64,000 nucleotides of DNA from Octopus sinensis (taxonomy: Eukaryota), in contig NC_043010.1 of the NCBI RefSeq assembly GCF_006345805.1, positions 41,788,001-41,852,000 on the forward strand, in the 5' to 3' direction. Within the stretch, counting starts at the first letter, position 1. Each line of letters begins with the position of its first letter. Below are positions 1-11,433 of this stretch, piece after piece. The notes beneath the pieces were generated by a model. That model worked only from the letters and a program-made list of their open reading frames with translations. It was not told where the DNA came from and made no database searches. The position numbers were made by a program, and so were the translations under genes.

Positions 1-266
1 CATGCTCTATATGCGATACCTCCTTCCCTGATACATCCTGTTCTGTCACTGGGAGGCGACATCACTACCTCGCGTTCTTCCTCCTCAACACTTCCCTTCT
101 GCACCTTCTCCCTGCTGATACAGATTTCTTCATTCCTACCACCAACCGCAGTTGCAAATTTCATTCTCCTCCCCTCCTCCACCACCCGATCAATCCCATC
201 CAGATATCCTCTCAGGTCCCCGTCGAACGACGCCATAAGCGACGAACCAAGACTCTCACAGTCCAT
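1..266 (-). CDS. ORF open to the left window edge (MDCESLGSSLMASFDGDLRGYLDG...), possibly the 5' start of a retroelement ORF1
   Basis: ATG at 266-264, then 88 stop-free codons to base 1, translated by hand; GC-richer than flanks; no recognisable domain. Confidence 0.3.
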   Translation of the reverse strand, partial: MDCESLGSSLMASFDGDLRGYLDGIDRVVEEGRRMKFATAVGGRNEEICISREKVQKGSVEEEEREVVMSPPSDRTGCIREGGIAYRA

Positions 267-1099
267 CTCAGCATTCACAGTGCCCACACCCCAACCGTGA
301 GAAAACGCCAGCAGCACCGCCGCAAAATTGCAAAAAACCGAGTACAGACAAAAACTCAACAGAAAAACGCCACACCTAGATGAAAGGAGCGAGCGACCCA
401 CGCGAACTCGAAACCCGGGTATGACGTTAACAGGATAAAAAAGACAACCAAAACGCTCTCTATTTTCTTTATAATGAGCACATTGGCTTTACAAAAGAAT
501 GGACGATACAAGGACAGACAACACAACACAGTGTGGGAACATAAGACATATAACGAATGGAATTATGAATATAATGAAAAATGAAATGTCTTACCTGCTC
601 TCCATACGCCGGCAGTGTCATTTAACTGTTTACATATCACATTAACTTACAGTTCATTATTCCTTTTTTTTTTTGCATCATTTTTTTAAAAAGTCCTTAT
701 TTAAAAATTCTTTAATATTTCACTTACTTTCTTTTATATTAGATAGTCTATTATGCTCTCAAATGCCACCAATGGTGGCAACTCGTCGAATCGAAACTGT
801 AATGGAGATATATCTATCATTTCCCCGAGTAGTTCCTTCAACTTTTCACCTTTCTCTTTTACAAGCAAGACTGCTTTTAATCCTTCATTGTATTCATTGG
901 GTGCTAACTTCACCCTAATTACATTTTTCATTTTGGTGATCTTTTTTTTCAGTCTCCACATTTTTTCTGTACTGTATCCTATGATACAGTTTTTTCGTAA
1001 GTGTTTTCCCTTCAGTGATTCTTTCTGATTTCCATCACTAATCTCATCATTCTCCAACTGAATTTGCTACGCTGTCTGATGAACGAACCTGAAGTATAT

Positions 1100-1330
1100 A
1101 TATGTGTGTGTGTGGGTGTATGTGTTATGTCTGTGTTTGTGCCCTCATTACCGCCTGACAAGCAGTGTTGGTGTATTTACGTCCCCATTACTTGGCGGTT
1201 TGGCGAAAGAGGTTGATAGAATAAGTATTAGGCTTAAACAAATAAGTCCTGGGGTTGACTTGTTCCACTGAAACACTTCAAGGCTGCAGTCAAAACGGCT
1301 GACAGAAGTCAAACATTTAAACGAATAAAA
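1100..1330 (+). mobile_element. SINE family A (tRNA-derived, internal microsatellite), diverged 3' half
   Basis: Matches the 3' half of full copies at 46434-46845 and 53109-53565. Confidence 0.8.
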
Positions 1331-1586
1331 GAATATACTCTCTCTTTTTACTCTTTTACTTGTTTCAGTCATTTGACTGTGGCCATGCTGGAGCACCGCC
1401 TTTAGTTGAGCGTATCGACCCCAGGACTTATTTTTTGTAAGCCTAGTACTTATTCAATCGGTCACTTTTGCTGAACCGCTAAGTTACGGAAACGTAAACA
1501 CACCAGCATCGGTTGTTAAGTGATGTTGGGGGGACAAACCCTGACAGACAAACACACACACATACACACACACACACATATATATA

Positions 1587-1789
1587 GTGAATCCAAACAT
1601 GAAAATACAAAGAGAAAGGACAACAACGCGAGGACGTGGAACAAGTATAGTGTTATTGGACGTCCAGGAAAGGAAAGAAAGGAGGATTTAACGTTTCGAG
1701 CGGAGCTCTTCATCAGAAACATAGGAAAAGGAAATCTCTAAGGAAGGGAAGACGGAGGAAAAAATCGCCAACGATACATACGCGGTCAC
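1587..1789 (-). mobile_element. Penelope-like terminal (pLTR-derived) fragment carrying a minimal hammerhead motif
   Basis: Homologous to 32750-32990, which lies at the 3' end of a GIY-YIG-encoding PLE. Confidence 0.65.
1685..1722 (-). ncRNA. Minimal type I hammerhead-like motif
   Basis: Minus strand GUUU-CUGAUGA-A-GAGC-UCC-GCUC-GAAAC-GUU-AAAU. Confidence 0.55.
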
Positions 1790-1792
1790 ATT

Positions 1793-1825
<33 letters not shown>

Positions 1826-2114
1826 TATATATATACGACGGGCTTCTTTCAGTTTACGTCTACCAAATCCACTCACAAGGCTTTGGTCGGCCCGAAGCTA
1901 TAGTAGAAGACACTTGCCCAAAGTGCCACGCAGTGGGACTGAACCCGGAACCATGTGGTTGGTAAGCAAGCTACTTTATTTTTAAAACATTTGCCACAAA
2001 GGCATGATACAGAGTAGCTTGCGGGCTGGACAGAAACATTGATGAGGTGAATGATGAAATAAAATGATATTAATGGGAGAAGACAAAAAAACACCCGCCG
2101 ATTTTTTGCTTCTC

Positions 2115-2406
2115 AAAAACATTATTTTTTAACACAAAAAACAAACCGAGGTATTGAACCTCTTACTTCCGTTTTACAATTATTGGACTTGATAGTCCAT
2201 TTACAAATTGAAACATTATTATCTTTAGCACAGAAAACAAACCGAGGTATTGAACCTCTTACTTCCGTTTTACAATTATTGGACTTGATAGTCCATTTAC
2301 AAATTGAAACATTATTATCTTTAGCACAGAAAACAAACCGAGGTATTGAACCTCTTACATCCGTTTTTTTTCAATTTTTGGACTTAATAGTTCATTTACA
2401 AATTGA
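2115..2406. repeat. 96-bp tandem repeat, about 3 copies
   Basis: ACAAACCGAG ends at 2150, 2246 and 2342. Confidence 0.95.
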
Positions 2407-2643
2407 GGCGCCGAGCCTCTTACACACTTAAAGATTATAACACTGAGGCTTTTCAACCTATTGTCAATTTTCCTCCCCAACATCGCTTGTGCCCGTATAC
2501 TCCGCCATCGTCCACGCCTCGTTTAAAACCAAGGCGGGCTCCGAGTCGGCGTCGCCCGGCCACAAGCGATATTCCTCTTTGAGTCCGTGCAACTTACGCA
2601 TCACGGGCTACGTTATGGCCTCCACAGCTATCTCCACAGCTAT

Positions 2644-2770
2644 CTGTTCGAAGGATTATTTACCTAATTTCAGTAGTCTCTTTTTAAGAGACTTAGAAAT
2701 AATAATATTTCTATTTTTGAAGACCAGTGGATGTATTCCACTGAAATTCGGTAAATAATCCTTCGAACAG
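2644..2770. mobile_element. MITE-like foldback element with 31-bp terminal inverted repeats
   Basis: CTGTTCGAAGGATTATTTACC(T/G)AATTTCAGT at both ends, 1 mismatch; no TSD seen. Confidence 0.7.
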
Positions 2771-3009
2771 ACGGTCAGCAGCAACGCCTGCTGGGTTTGG
2801 CTACTCTGCATTGATAAAGGGCAAATACCCTGAAACATGTCTGCAGATGCCTGACCAGCAAGGGGAAGCGGCTGACCTTCCCTGTTCGAAGGTTATAATG
2901 GACACTTTCGTGTGTCATATAGCTATCTAGAGGCGATGGCTTCTTGGAACTAATCAACGGCAGCTTTAGTCCTATATTTATGGACTGCCATATTAGATTG
3001 ACGATAACT

Positions 3010-3050
<41 letters not shown>

Positions 3051-3051
<1 letters not shown>

Positions 3052-3170
3052 TCCAGGCTTACCATCCCTACAGGAAGTGCAAAAAATCGTATTAACTGGA
3101 ATGGCTCATGCACTGAGAAGAGCACTATCGCTGTGAAAATAACATCCATCCATGAATTTATTTATTTATT
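3051..3170 (+). mobile_element. R4/Dong-like RLE retrotransposon, extreme 3' end following (TAA)n
   Basis: Encodes PGLPSLQEVQKIVLTGMAHALRRALSL*, similar to the C-terminus at 12320-12385. Confidence 0.75.
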
Positions 3171-3318
3171 AATTTTTAAATACATATTTTATCTGTGAAT
3201 TTGCGCGTGTAATCTGGGAATGCATACAATGAGCTTCTCTGCCCTAGGTGTATGGAAAACACTCGGTGAGAAACGGAAGAAAATTTGAAGAAAGAAGGAA
3301 AAAACATAATAATAACAA

Positions 3319-3487
3319 TTTCTACTAAAAGCACGAGGCCTGAAATTTTGGGTGGGAATGGACTATTCGATTTTATCGACCTCGAAAGGATGAAAGGCAA
3401 AGTCGACCTTGGCGGAATTTGAACTCAGAACGTAAAGACAGATGAAATACCGCTAACGCGTGCTAACGATGCCGCCAGCTCGCCGCC
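3319..3487 (-). mobile_element. SINE family D (GTCGACTTTGCCTTTCATCC core)
   Basis: Reverse-complement match to 6814-7035 and 31281-31480. Confidence 0.8.
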
Positions 3488-4329
3488 TTAATAATAATGA
3501 TAAAAATAACAATAATATCGTATGGGTATGTATGCGAGCGCGCGTATATATAGTATGTGTATGTGTGCGTATGCGTGTATATGTGAATAGGGCAAAACAT
3601 TGCTATGAACATATCGAATTTGATATTTCGGAGACTTTGGTATCGTAACAGAAGAGGACGACCATTTAATTATATTTTTATTTTTAGAGAAATCGAACAT
3701 AAAATTGAGGGCTTGCTAAATCTAATCCGAGGGAATTTCTGACGCTACCATGAAATTGATCCGAGTTGCGGACTCTTGAAAACTATAATTAGGAATAGTT
3801 TCCCTTACATCGGGTGGTTGTTTTACAGAGTAGTTTCCCTTGTTCTTAAGATTTACGTATTCTACTTTCTGCGGAAGAAAAAACGAATTCGAAATTTTCT
3901 GAAAACATCTTTTCAGAGTTGCTGGAACATTATTATGAAAGTTCAAAACTCATTGAGCAAGAGGTGACAAAGCCACCTAAATGTAACCGAACTTATGTTA
4001 ATGAGGAAATAAAAAATGAAATTGTTATAACATAAAGAACCTTGAATCATATACTTTGAAGAGGCAGCTATAAAATTTAAACAGTGTAATTCTAACCGAT
4101 AAAGAACATAAAGAAATTATAAATATGAATTTTCTGATCATTGAGCCGAAATTATGAACAAAATAAAAAAAGTGACAATTTCCCTACGGATGAAACAGAA
4201 ATGCAGCACCCTACCAGTGTAATGCCGCAATAGGCTGTGCATTTCATGAAGGGCGTGTGTTATGCTGAATTTGAGAAGAGAAATTGTTTTCAGTTTATAT
4301 TTTCATATAATTCTACTCTGATTATAAAG

Positions 4330-4850
4330 AAAGCATTCTGTGACAGTCGTCAATGCTCATTTTCTTACGACTACTTATTTCGATTTTAAAGATTTTATGG
4401 CTTAGTAAGAAAAGTATTTCCCATGAATCTTTACAAGTACTTGATAAGGAGGAAAAGGACGAAATAAACCCTAACCCATGTTGCAACAACTGACTCTGCT
4501 AAAAAAAATTAGGTTAAACCAGGTTGACGGTTGAACTTTTAAACCCAAACCAAACGATAAGAAGAGAGATTTACTGCGGGCAGCTCGAGCGGTTTAAGTC
4601 AGCGCTAGAAGAAAAACGGCCATCTTTGGTTTCTAGTCGAAAGCCGTTCTTCCATCAGGATAATGCTCGGCCACATACAGCGAGGACGATATTCTAAAGA
4701 CTGGAGCAGTTTAAATGGGAAACGATGCCCCACCCACCATATTCACCGCATATTGCCCCATCTGATTGTCATTTATTTTGCAGTCTTCAAAATTATTTGG
4801 AAGGAAAAAAGTTTGAATTCTGTAGACGAGGAGTATTTTTCGTCAAGGAT
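4330..4850 (+). pseudogene. Mariner transposase fragment (C-terminal catalytic region)
   Basis: Frameshifted translation with FHQDNARPH and HPPYSPHIAPSD motifs. Confidence 0.85.
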
Positions 4851-5029
4851 AATAATACTAATATTTAGAGGTACTATTTCTACTGCTACGAACACTACTA
4901 CTAACAACAACAACATTTTTAAAGGTGCTCATGATGATGATAGCAGGAAAATACTAGCTAAGCCAAGAGAAAAGTCAGTAAAGATAATCTTATTTTGGGG
5001 TTTAAAGTTCTATCGCCACAGCTACTCCT

Positions 5030-5060
<31 letters not shown>

Positions 5061-5399
5061 GCCGTCCAAGAATTTGGACCTGGAGATCTCCATTTCCAGC
5101 GACTTCGAGGGCCACCTCCCAGTGGTGTCGGGCGTCAACGAAGAGCCCTCGACTACAACAAGAAGACCAAAGTTTTTTTTTTCCAAGGTCTGGGATCTCC
5201 TGATCCTAAGCCCTAGACCATCACCTAATCACCTTTACCCGTCTTAACAACGACAATACCCAGCAACAACAACAGCAACAACGACAATAATAATACAGGA
5301 GTTGATAATGGTGATGAGGATAATTGAAATGTAGAAATCGCTGGGAAATGTTGTTTACAACATTTCTAAAAATGAGATAGCATAAGATGACCTTCATTA

Positions 5400-5860
5400 C
5401 ACGACAATCCTAAATCAATCACAGTTACTGGAAAGTTAGTGAACATTAACCCGAGGACATCAGAAGGATCTGCACATAACCATCTGTCATTTCTCTTGTT
5501 ATATGTTTGGTCTTAGTCGAAGTTTTTCTCATCGGACAACCAAAGCTTATCATACTCTCGTGAGAGTTTTTAACCTCGTTAAGAAGCCGTTTAAAACGGA
5601 TCAAACAGTTTTCCTGTGTCTTTGCACACATCATATAATCTCTCCTCAGTACAAACTACTAGGTAAATGAATGTCTTTGTGCATCATATTTCTGGTAGTC
5701 CGATCCATCAACTGAAGTTATTTGGCTATAGCCATCATTGATTTCAGAACTCAATGGATGAATTGGGAATGTTTTTATAGTGTGCAGAAAAGCTCATGCG
5801 ACACTGAGAGTTGGTATTTTCTAAATCGCTGTGTTCCACATATATAAGGCAACAATGACT
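5400..5860 (-). pseudogene. Tc1/mariner superfamily transposase fragment, maT(DD37D)-like
   Basis: Minus-strand LWLSDEKNFD*DQTYNKRNDRWLCADPSDV; subgroup assignment is tentative. Confidence 0.55.
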
Positions 5861-6065
5861 GCATGGTTTTTCATTTCTTGTGTTAGCATTTTATCTACTA
5901 TGGAAATTCTAAAAGAGACAAAACCTTTTCAGTTGGTTTGAAGTGCGTAATATATTGATAATTTAGTGTCCTCAAACACCCCTTGCACACAGCACACAGC
6001 ATACATGCCTGCATACATACATACATACATACATACATACATACATACATACATACATACATACA

Positions 6066-6200
6066 TAGAAAAATACCCTGTTGATGTTGAAATTCCAATG
6101 AAGGGACCTTGGATCTAAGCTAGAAACCGATTCTTTCACTATTGGCAAGAAATCTTGAAATAAAATTGGATAATGAGATACATAGGTTTCGTAGAACAAC
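6066..6200 (+). mobile_element. Repeat fragment that begins immediately after a (CATA)n tract
   Basis: GAAAAATACCCTGTTG...GAAATTCCAATGAAG matches the reverse complement of 58200-58290, which also abuts (CATA)n. Confidence 0.65.
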
Positions 6201-6375
6201 TCGGGGAACTACAACTACAATACGTGAGTATATATATTTTATTATTTTAATCGACAGATATTACAATGTGACTTATGGGTTACGTAGGGAACATTTACCC
6301 CTTGTATCGCTTCATATGTCTACCGATTAAAATAATAGGTATGTATGTATGTATGTATGTATATATGTATGTATG

Positions 6376-6409
<34 letters not shown>

Positions 6410-6447
6410 TGTATGTATGTATGTATGTATGTATGTATGTATGTATG

Positions 6448-6490
<43 letters not shown>

Positions 6491-6813
6491 AGTTCAATTT
6501 GCAAAAAATGCAAAACAAAACAAAACACGGAGACAAGTGAGAGCACAACAAGCGGATATATTAGTTTGACGCTCGGGAAGAATGGAAAAGTCGTCGACGT
6601 TTCGAGCCTACGCTCTTTGACAGAAAGAGTTGAGAGGGAAAAAATGGAGAGAGAACGAAACAAAACGGACAGAGAAAAAATGTGTAACGATTAATGCTAC
6701 AGCATGATGAAATGATAGGAAGAAAGAGGCTGAGTGGATGGGAAGTAATAATGGTGACCCGGAAGAACTAGATTGCACAAGCGCGTGTGTGTATAAGAGG
6801 ATGGTATTTGTGA

Positions 6814-7035
6814 GCGAGCTGGCAGAAACGTCAGCACGCCGGACGAAGTGCGTAGCCGTATTTCGTCTGCCGTTACGTTCTGAGTTCAAATTCCACCGAG
6901 GTCGACTTTGCCTTTCATCCTTTCGGGGTCGATAAATTAAGTACCAGTTACGCACTGGGGTCGATGTAATCGACTTAATATCCTTGTCTGTCCTCTCTGT
7001 GTTTAGCCCCTTGTGGGTAGTAAAGAAATAAGTAT
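6814..7035 (+). mobile_element. SINE family D, near full length
   Basis: GAGTTCAAATTCC B-box-like motif followed by the GTCGACTTTGCCTTTCATCCTTTCGGGGTCG core. Confidence 0.8.
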
Positions 7036-7323
7036 TTGTGAGCGCCAGTGAAAGTATGTGTGGTCAAGCTTAAAATTATGTGGCCTCTGTGTGTGTGCAT
7101 ATGGGAGTGTGTGTGTGTGTGTGTGTATAGCATGAGTAACCTAGTGCGTGCATTGTGTGGAGTTATATGCGTTTCATGTGTTTGTGTGCGTGTGTGTATG
7201 GACGTGTGTATATGGACGTGTGTATATGAATGTAAGGCTGTGTATAGTATGTGTGTGAAGCTATCGTGTATGTGTGTGCGCATGTGCAAAAGCTTGTAAG
7301 TAGCAGTTATGTATGTGCTTGTA

Positions 7324-8146
7324 TCAGGTCATCCCATTAGTTCTGTCCGAATTTTGAATAAAGAAAACAAGTGATCAAATGTTATATTTAATTGAAATTT
7401 AATTATCGATGTACTTTCCCTGATTATCTATGACTTCCTTCCATCTATTTACCAGCTTTTTTAATCCCATCAATGTAAAACTCTTTTGGTTTCAATGCGA
7501 AGAACGTTGACATGTCAGTTTCGGCCTCCTCCTGACTTGAGAAAGTTATGTCCCCCAAATGATTCTGTAAACTACGAAACAAATGGTAGTTTGAAGCAGC
7601 AAGGTCGTGAGAATAAGGGGGATGAGTAATTTTTCCCGACCAAGCTCTTCGATCTACTGTGACGTGATCTTTGCAGTGTGGCGTCACGCATTGTCCCGAT
7701 GAAACATCACTCCTTTTCAATTCACTAAAGCGGGTCTTTTTTCTTCAAAGATTGGTTCAAACGGTCTCATTACTGACAGTATACTTGAGCATTGATTGTT
7801 GCATTAGGTGGTAACAATTCAAAGTGAATTACTTCTTTGCAATACCACCAGATAGAGAAAAGAACCTTTTCCCCATGAAGTTCCCTTCTCGGTTGTAGTT
7901 GAGCTTTGCCCCTTTTACGAAGCCACTTTCTTTTATTCTTTTATTTGTTTCAGTCATTTGACTGTGGTCATGCTGGAGCACCACCTTTAGTCGAGCAAAT
8001 CGACCCCAGGACTTATTCTTTGTAAGCCTAGTACTTATTCTAACGTTCTCCTTTGCCGAACCGCTAAATTACGGGGACGTAAACGCACCAGCATCAGTTG
8101 TCAAGCGGTGTTGGAGGGACAAACACAGACACACAAACATGCACAC

Positions 8147-8191
<45 letters not shown>

Positions 8192-9069
8192 ACACACACA
8201 CACACAGACACACACACATATATATATACGACGGGCTTCTTTCAGTTTCCGTTTACCAAATCCACTCACAAGGCTTTGGTCGGCTCAAGGCTATAGTAGA
8301 AGACATTTGTCCAAGGTACCACGCAGTGGGACTGAACCCGGAACCACGAGTTTGGTAAGCAAGCTACTTACCACACAGCCACTCCTGCGCCTGTTTACGA
8401 CGTTTAACATTTCGATAGAAGACCCATTTTTCGTCACCAGTCACAAGTCTATCCAAAAAGGGTGAAATGAGTTCGTGCGAATGGAGAGAAGAGTAGATTC
8501 GGGATTCGCGGTTGCTTTCGAACAATTCATGAGGCACCCATTTTCCAAGGTTAGGAACCTTTCCAAGTTGTTGAAGATGACAAGGAATAGTTGTATGATT
8601 TGAACTAAGCTTTATTGACAATTCTTCAACTGATAATGCAGGATTTTCTTCAAGTAATGCTTCAAGGAGCTTATCATCAAACTCAACTGGACGCCCTCTT
8701 CGATTTTCATCTTCAAGGCTGAAATCTCCACTTCTCAATTTTGCAAACCATCTTCTGCAAGTTCTTTCATTCAAGCATTCTTTCCCATAAACTGAGTGTA
8801 TGTTTCCAGTCGCTTCGGCTGCAGGGTTTCCTTTTTTGTACTCATAAAGCATTATGTGCCTCAAATGCTCTTTGGATACTTCCACGCTATAAAAGGTTTT
8901 AATCAAAGAGATCTTAATTCTACTATTCTGTAAAATAATATTTAATTAGTTTAAATGTACACAAATGCATAAAAATAATTTTAAATTCCATTAGACATTC
9001 TAAAATACTATTAAATTTCATTCAATTTTAAAAAAGTTCAAATCGGACACAACTTATGGGATGACCTGA
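7324..9069 (-). mobile_element. Full-length defective mariner transposon with both TIRs and TA TSD, interrupted by a SINE
   Basis: TIRs TCAGGTCATCCCAT(T/A)AGTT(C/G)TGTCCGA flanked by TA at 7322-7323 and 9070-9071; transposase N-terminus in ORF 8364-8906 (WVPHEL, VTGDEKW) and C-terminus in 7445-7720 (HPPYSHDLA); about 1.28 kb without the SINE. Confidence 0.95.
7929..8392 (-). mobile_element. SINE family A, full length, inside the mariner ORF
   Basis: Complete head, core, (CA)n and tail. Confidence 0.9.
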
Positions 9070-9172
9070 TATGTGCTTGTTCGAGCGGTATGTGCACGTG
9101 TGTATGTGTGTGTGTGTGTCAGTACATAAAGTGTGTGTGCGTTACTCTAGTGTGCGTGTGTATTGTGTTTGT

Positions 9173-10260
9173 TTATGTGCTAAGGTTGTATGAGTTTATG
9201 TGTGTTGTGTGCTGTGTATGTTGTCTGTGTTCAGGCGTGATCTTTGCATATGTATTTCTTCCTTTTTCTCCCCTTTTTTCGGGGGAGGTCACTCTCTCCT
9301 CTTCCATCTCTCCTTCTGGAGGAGAAGGGGCAGGTAGTTCTTCTACAACTAACTGCTCCAGGACCCTGCTCTGGTCCTTGGGACAGTTCTTCTTAATGTG
9401 GCCAGGGTCTAGGCACTGATGACACTTGGTGGGGCGCCCCTCAAGAATCACCAGATACCTGGACCCGGCCATCCTCAAAAAGTCTGGGAACACCAGATCA
9501 TCGGCTAATTGGGTCCACAGAGTCAAAACTGCTTTTGACCCCACCCAATCAGCAGCAGGCATTATTTTAACATTTAAGAGCTTGGCTCCGCTGCCACCCA
9601 GATACCGGCGGATAGTGTCCTTTATCCACTCGGGCTCTATTCCGAGTGGCAGCCCACACAAACAAGCTCTTGTCAATTTCCTCCCACGATATGTGGGCAG
9701 AAACAGAATTTTTCCCCTTCCAGGGGTTGGCTCGCAAAAATGCGAGCCTCCTCAGGGTTATCGAATAGCAACCACATTGTTGCATATTTGACACCCCTTT
9801 CAATAAACTTGATGGTTGGCAGGTATTCTTCCAACTCCTTCTCAATATCTACTTGAGAGAACACAGTGATGGTGTCGAGAGACTTGGAATATGTCCTCAA
9901 CACCACCGTTCTCTCATTAAGGTCCTTTACCCACTTGCTTGCAGGGTACGTTTTCCACTCCAAGACAGTGTTTTTATTTTTTACCATGCTTTGCAAAAAA
10001 CACAGGAAAATGTTAAAAAAAGTGCAAAGAAACACAAAGAAAGAACAGAAAGACAGATCAGAGAAAAGAAGGAAAGAAGACAGTTCCAGCACGGCAACAC
10101 AATTCCGACACTTAGGTAATCCGGGTTCACAGTTAATCCTTCAGAATATTGCTTCACACAGGTACTCCAGTCCACCGTAACAGCAAAAAAAAAAAATTCC
10201 TCCACGAATGGGTCGAATTTTTATAAACGCCCACCAAAACAAAACAATTCTCACCGCTCA
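9173..10260 (-). pseudogene. L1/Tx1-like LINE 5' UTR plus ORF1 (gag-like, CCHC knuckle), frameshifted, ORF2 absent
   Basis: Overlapping ORFs 9673-10092 and 9173-9676; CHQCLDPGHIKKNC fits CX2CX4HX4C. Confidence 0.65.
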
Positions 10261-10553
10261 GTGAGTTACTCAGCGCGACTGCAGTAGACAAATGTTCGAG
10301 ACCCAGTGGGATTTCTTATATGAAAAAGGAAAAACAATGTCATACAATAAATTCCCCACTAAATCCCTTAAAAAAGTGCCTACCTTGCAGTCGCGCCTCT
10401 TCAAAGGTTCTTTAATCGAAGACACCTTCCGAGCACGTTTTGACACTGTTCACTCTCGTAAGTTACTGACAAACTCACGCATGCATAAGCGGTACAAGCT
10501 ACTTACCACGCAGCCACTCCTACGCCTATATATATATATATATATATATATGG

Positions 10554-11373
10554 GTTGGACAAAATAATGGAAATACCTTAAAATTTCAAACAAATTTATT
10601 TTAATATGGGGTAGGAGCACATTTGGTAGTAATTACAGCTTGAATTCTGCGAGGTATGGACTCATACAAAGTTTGAATTGTTTCCAAAGGAATTGTTGTC
10701 CATTCTTCAGCTAAAAGAGTCTCCAGTTCTTGTAGTGATGATGGTGGAGGATATCGATTCCTTACTTGTTTTTCTAAAATGTACCAAAGATGTTCAATAA
10801 TATTGAGATCTGGGGACTGTAGTGGCCAGATAAGATGTTCAACTTTACTAGAATGTCCCTCGTGCCATTCAGTAACAACTTTAGCTGTCTAAATTGGTGC
10901 CATTATCACCCCGACTATTAATTCTGCCATGAAGGGAAATCATTGGGCCGCAGATTTCTAAGATATAGCCCCCCCCGATCATCACTGATCCTCGTTCATG
11001 TCTATCAATTGGGAGAAAACAGTCGGGGACAAATGCATCTTCAGGCTGTCTCTACACGTATACTCGGCCAGTGGTCGGAAATAAGGTAAAGGATGACTCG
11101 TTCGAGAAAATGCTCTAGGTACCAATTCTGTAGGTTTTTACCCACTCTAAACGCTTTGCAACGTTTGTTTTTGAAAGTAGTGGTTTTCTGATTGCAACCA
11201 TCCCTTGAAATCTAGCTTTGTGCAACTCCAGGCGAAAAGTTTTTGTGGAAACTGGGTTCTCGAGGTTGTCATTAAGCTCTGCAGTAATTTTGGGAGCTGT
11301 ACTTTTGTGATCCTTTCTAACAATTCACGTAAGAGTCCGACGGTCTCTATTTGAAAGTTTTGGTTTTCTTATC

Positions 11374-11377
<4 letters not shown>
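10554..11377 (-). pseudogene. Tc1-like transposase remnant with an internal non-Tc1 segment (about 10910-11110)
   Basis: WPLQSPDLNIIEHLW at the C-terminus; RKPLLSKTNVAKRLEW in the N-terminal half. Confidence 0.85.

Positions 11378-11432
<55 letters not shown>

Positions 11433-11433
<1 letters not shown>

Larger units (their letters stand above)
1338..1975 (-). mobile_element. SINE family A, interrupted in its internal microsatellite by a PLE-terminus fragment
   Basis: B-box-like GGTTCAGTCCC head, CTTGGGCAAG core motif and (AAGAGTA)-like tail, shared with many copies in the window. Confidence 0.9.

Noticed and set aside
734-1057. 107-aa Lys/Glu-rich ORF on the minus strand
   Set aside because: No recognisable motif or convincing splice pair; cannot be assigned
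2115-2406. Regularly spaced repeats as a CRISPR array
   Set aside because: Whole units are identical with no unique spacers; eukaryotic context; no cas genes
4663-5247. 194-aa ORF, and the overlapping frame containing RQRRALD (furin-like site)
   Set aside because: The ORF is a read-through from a mariner remnant into triplet repeats; nothing after RQRR resembles a mature ligand and splice signals are weak
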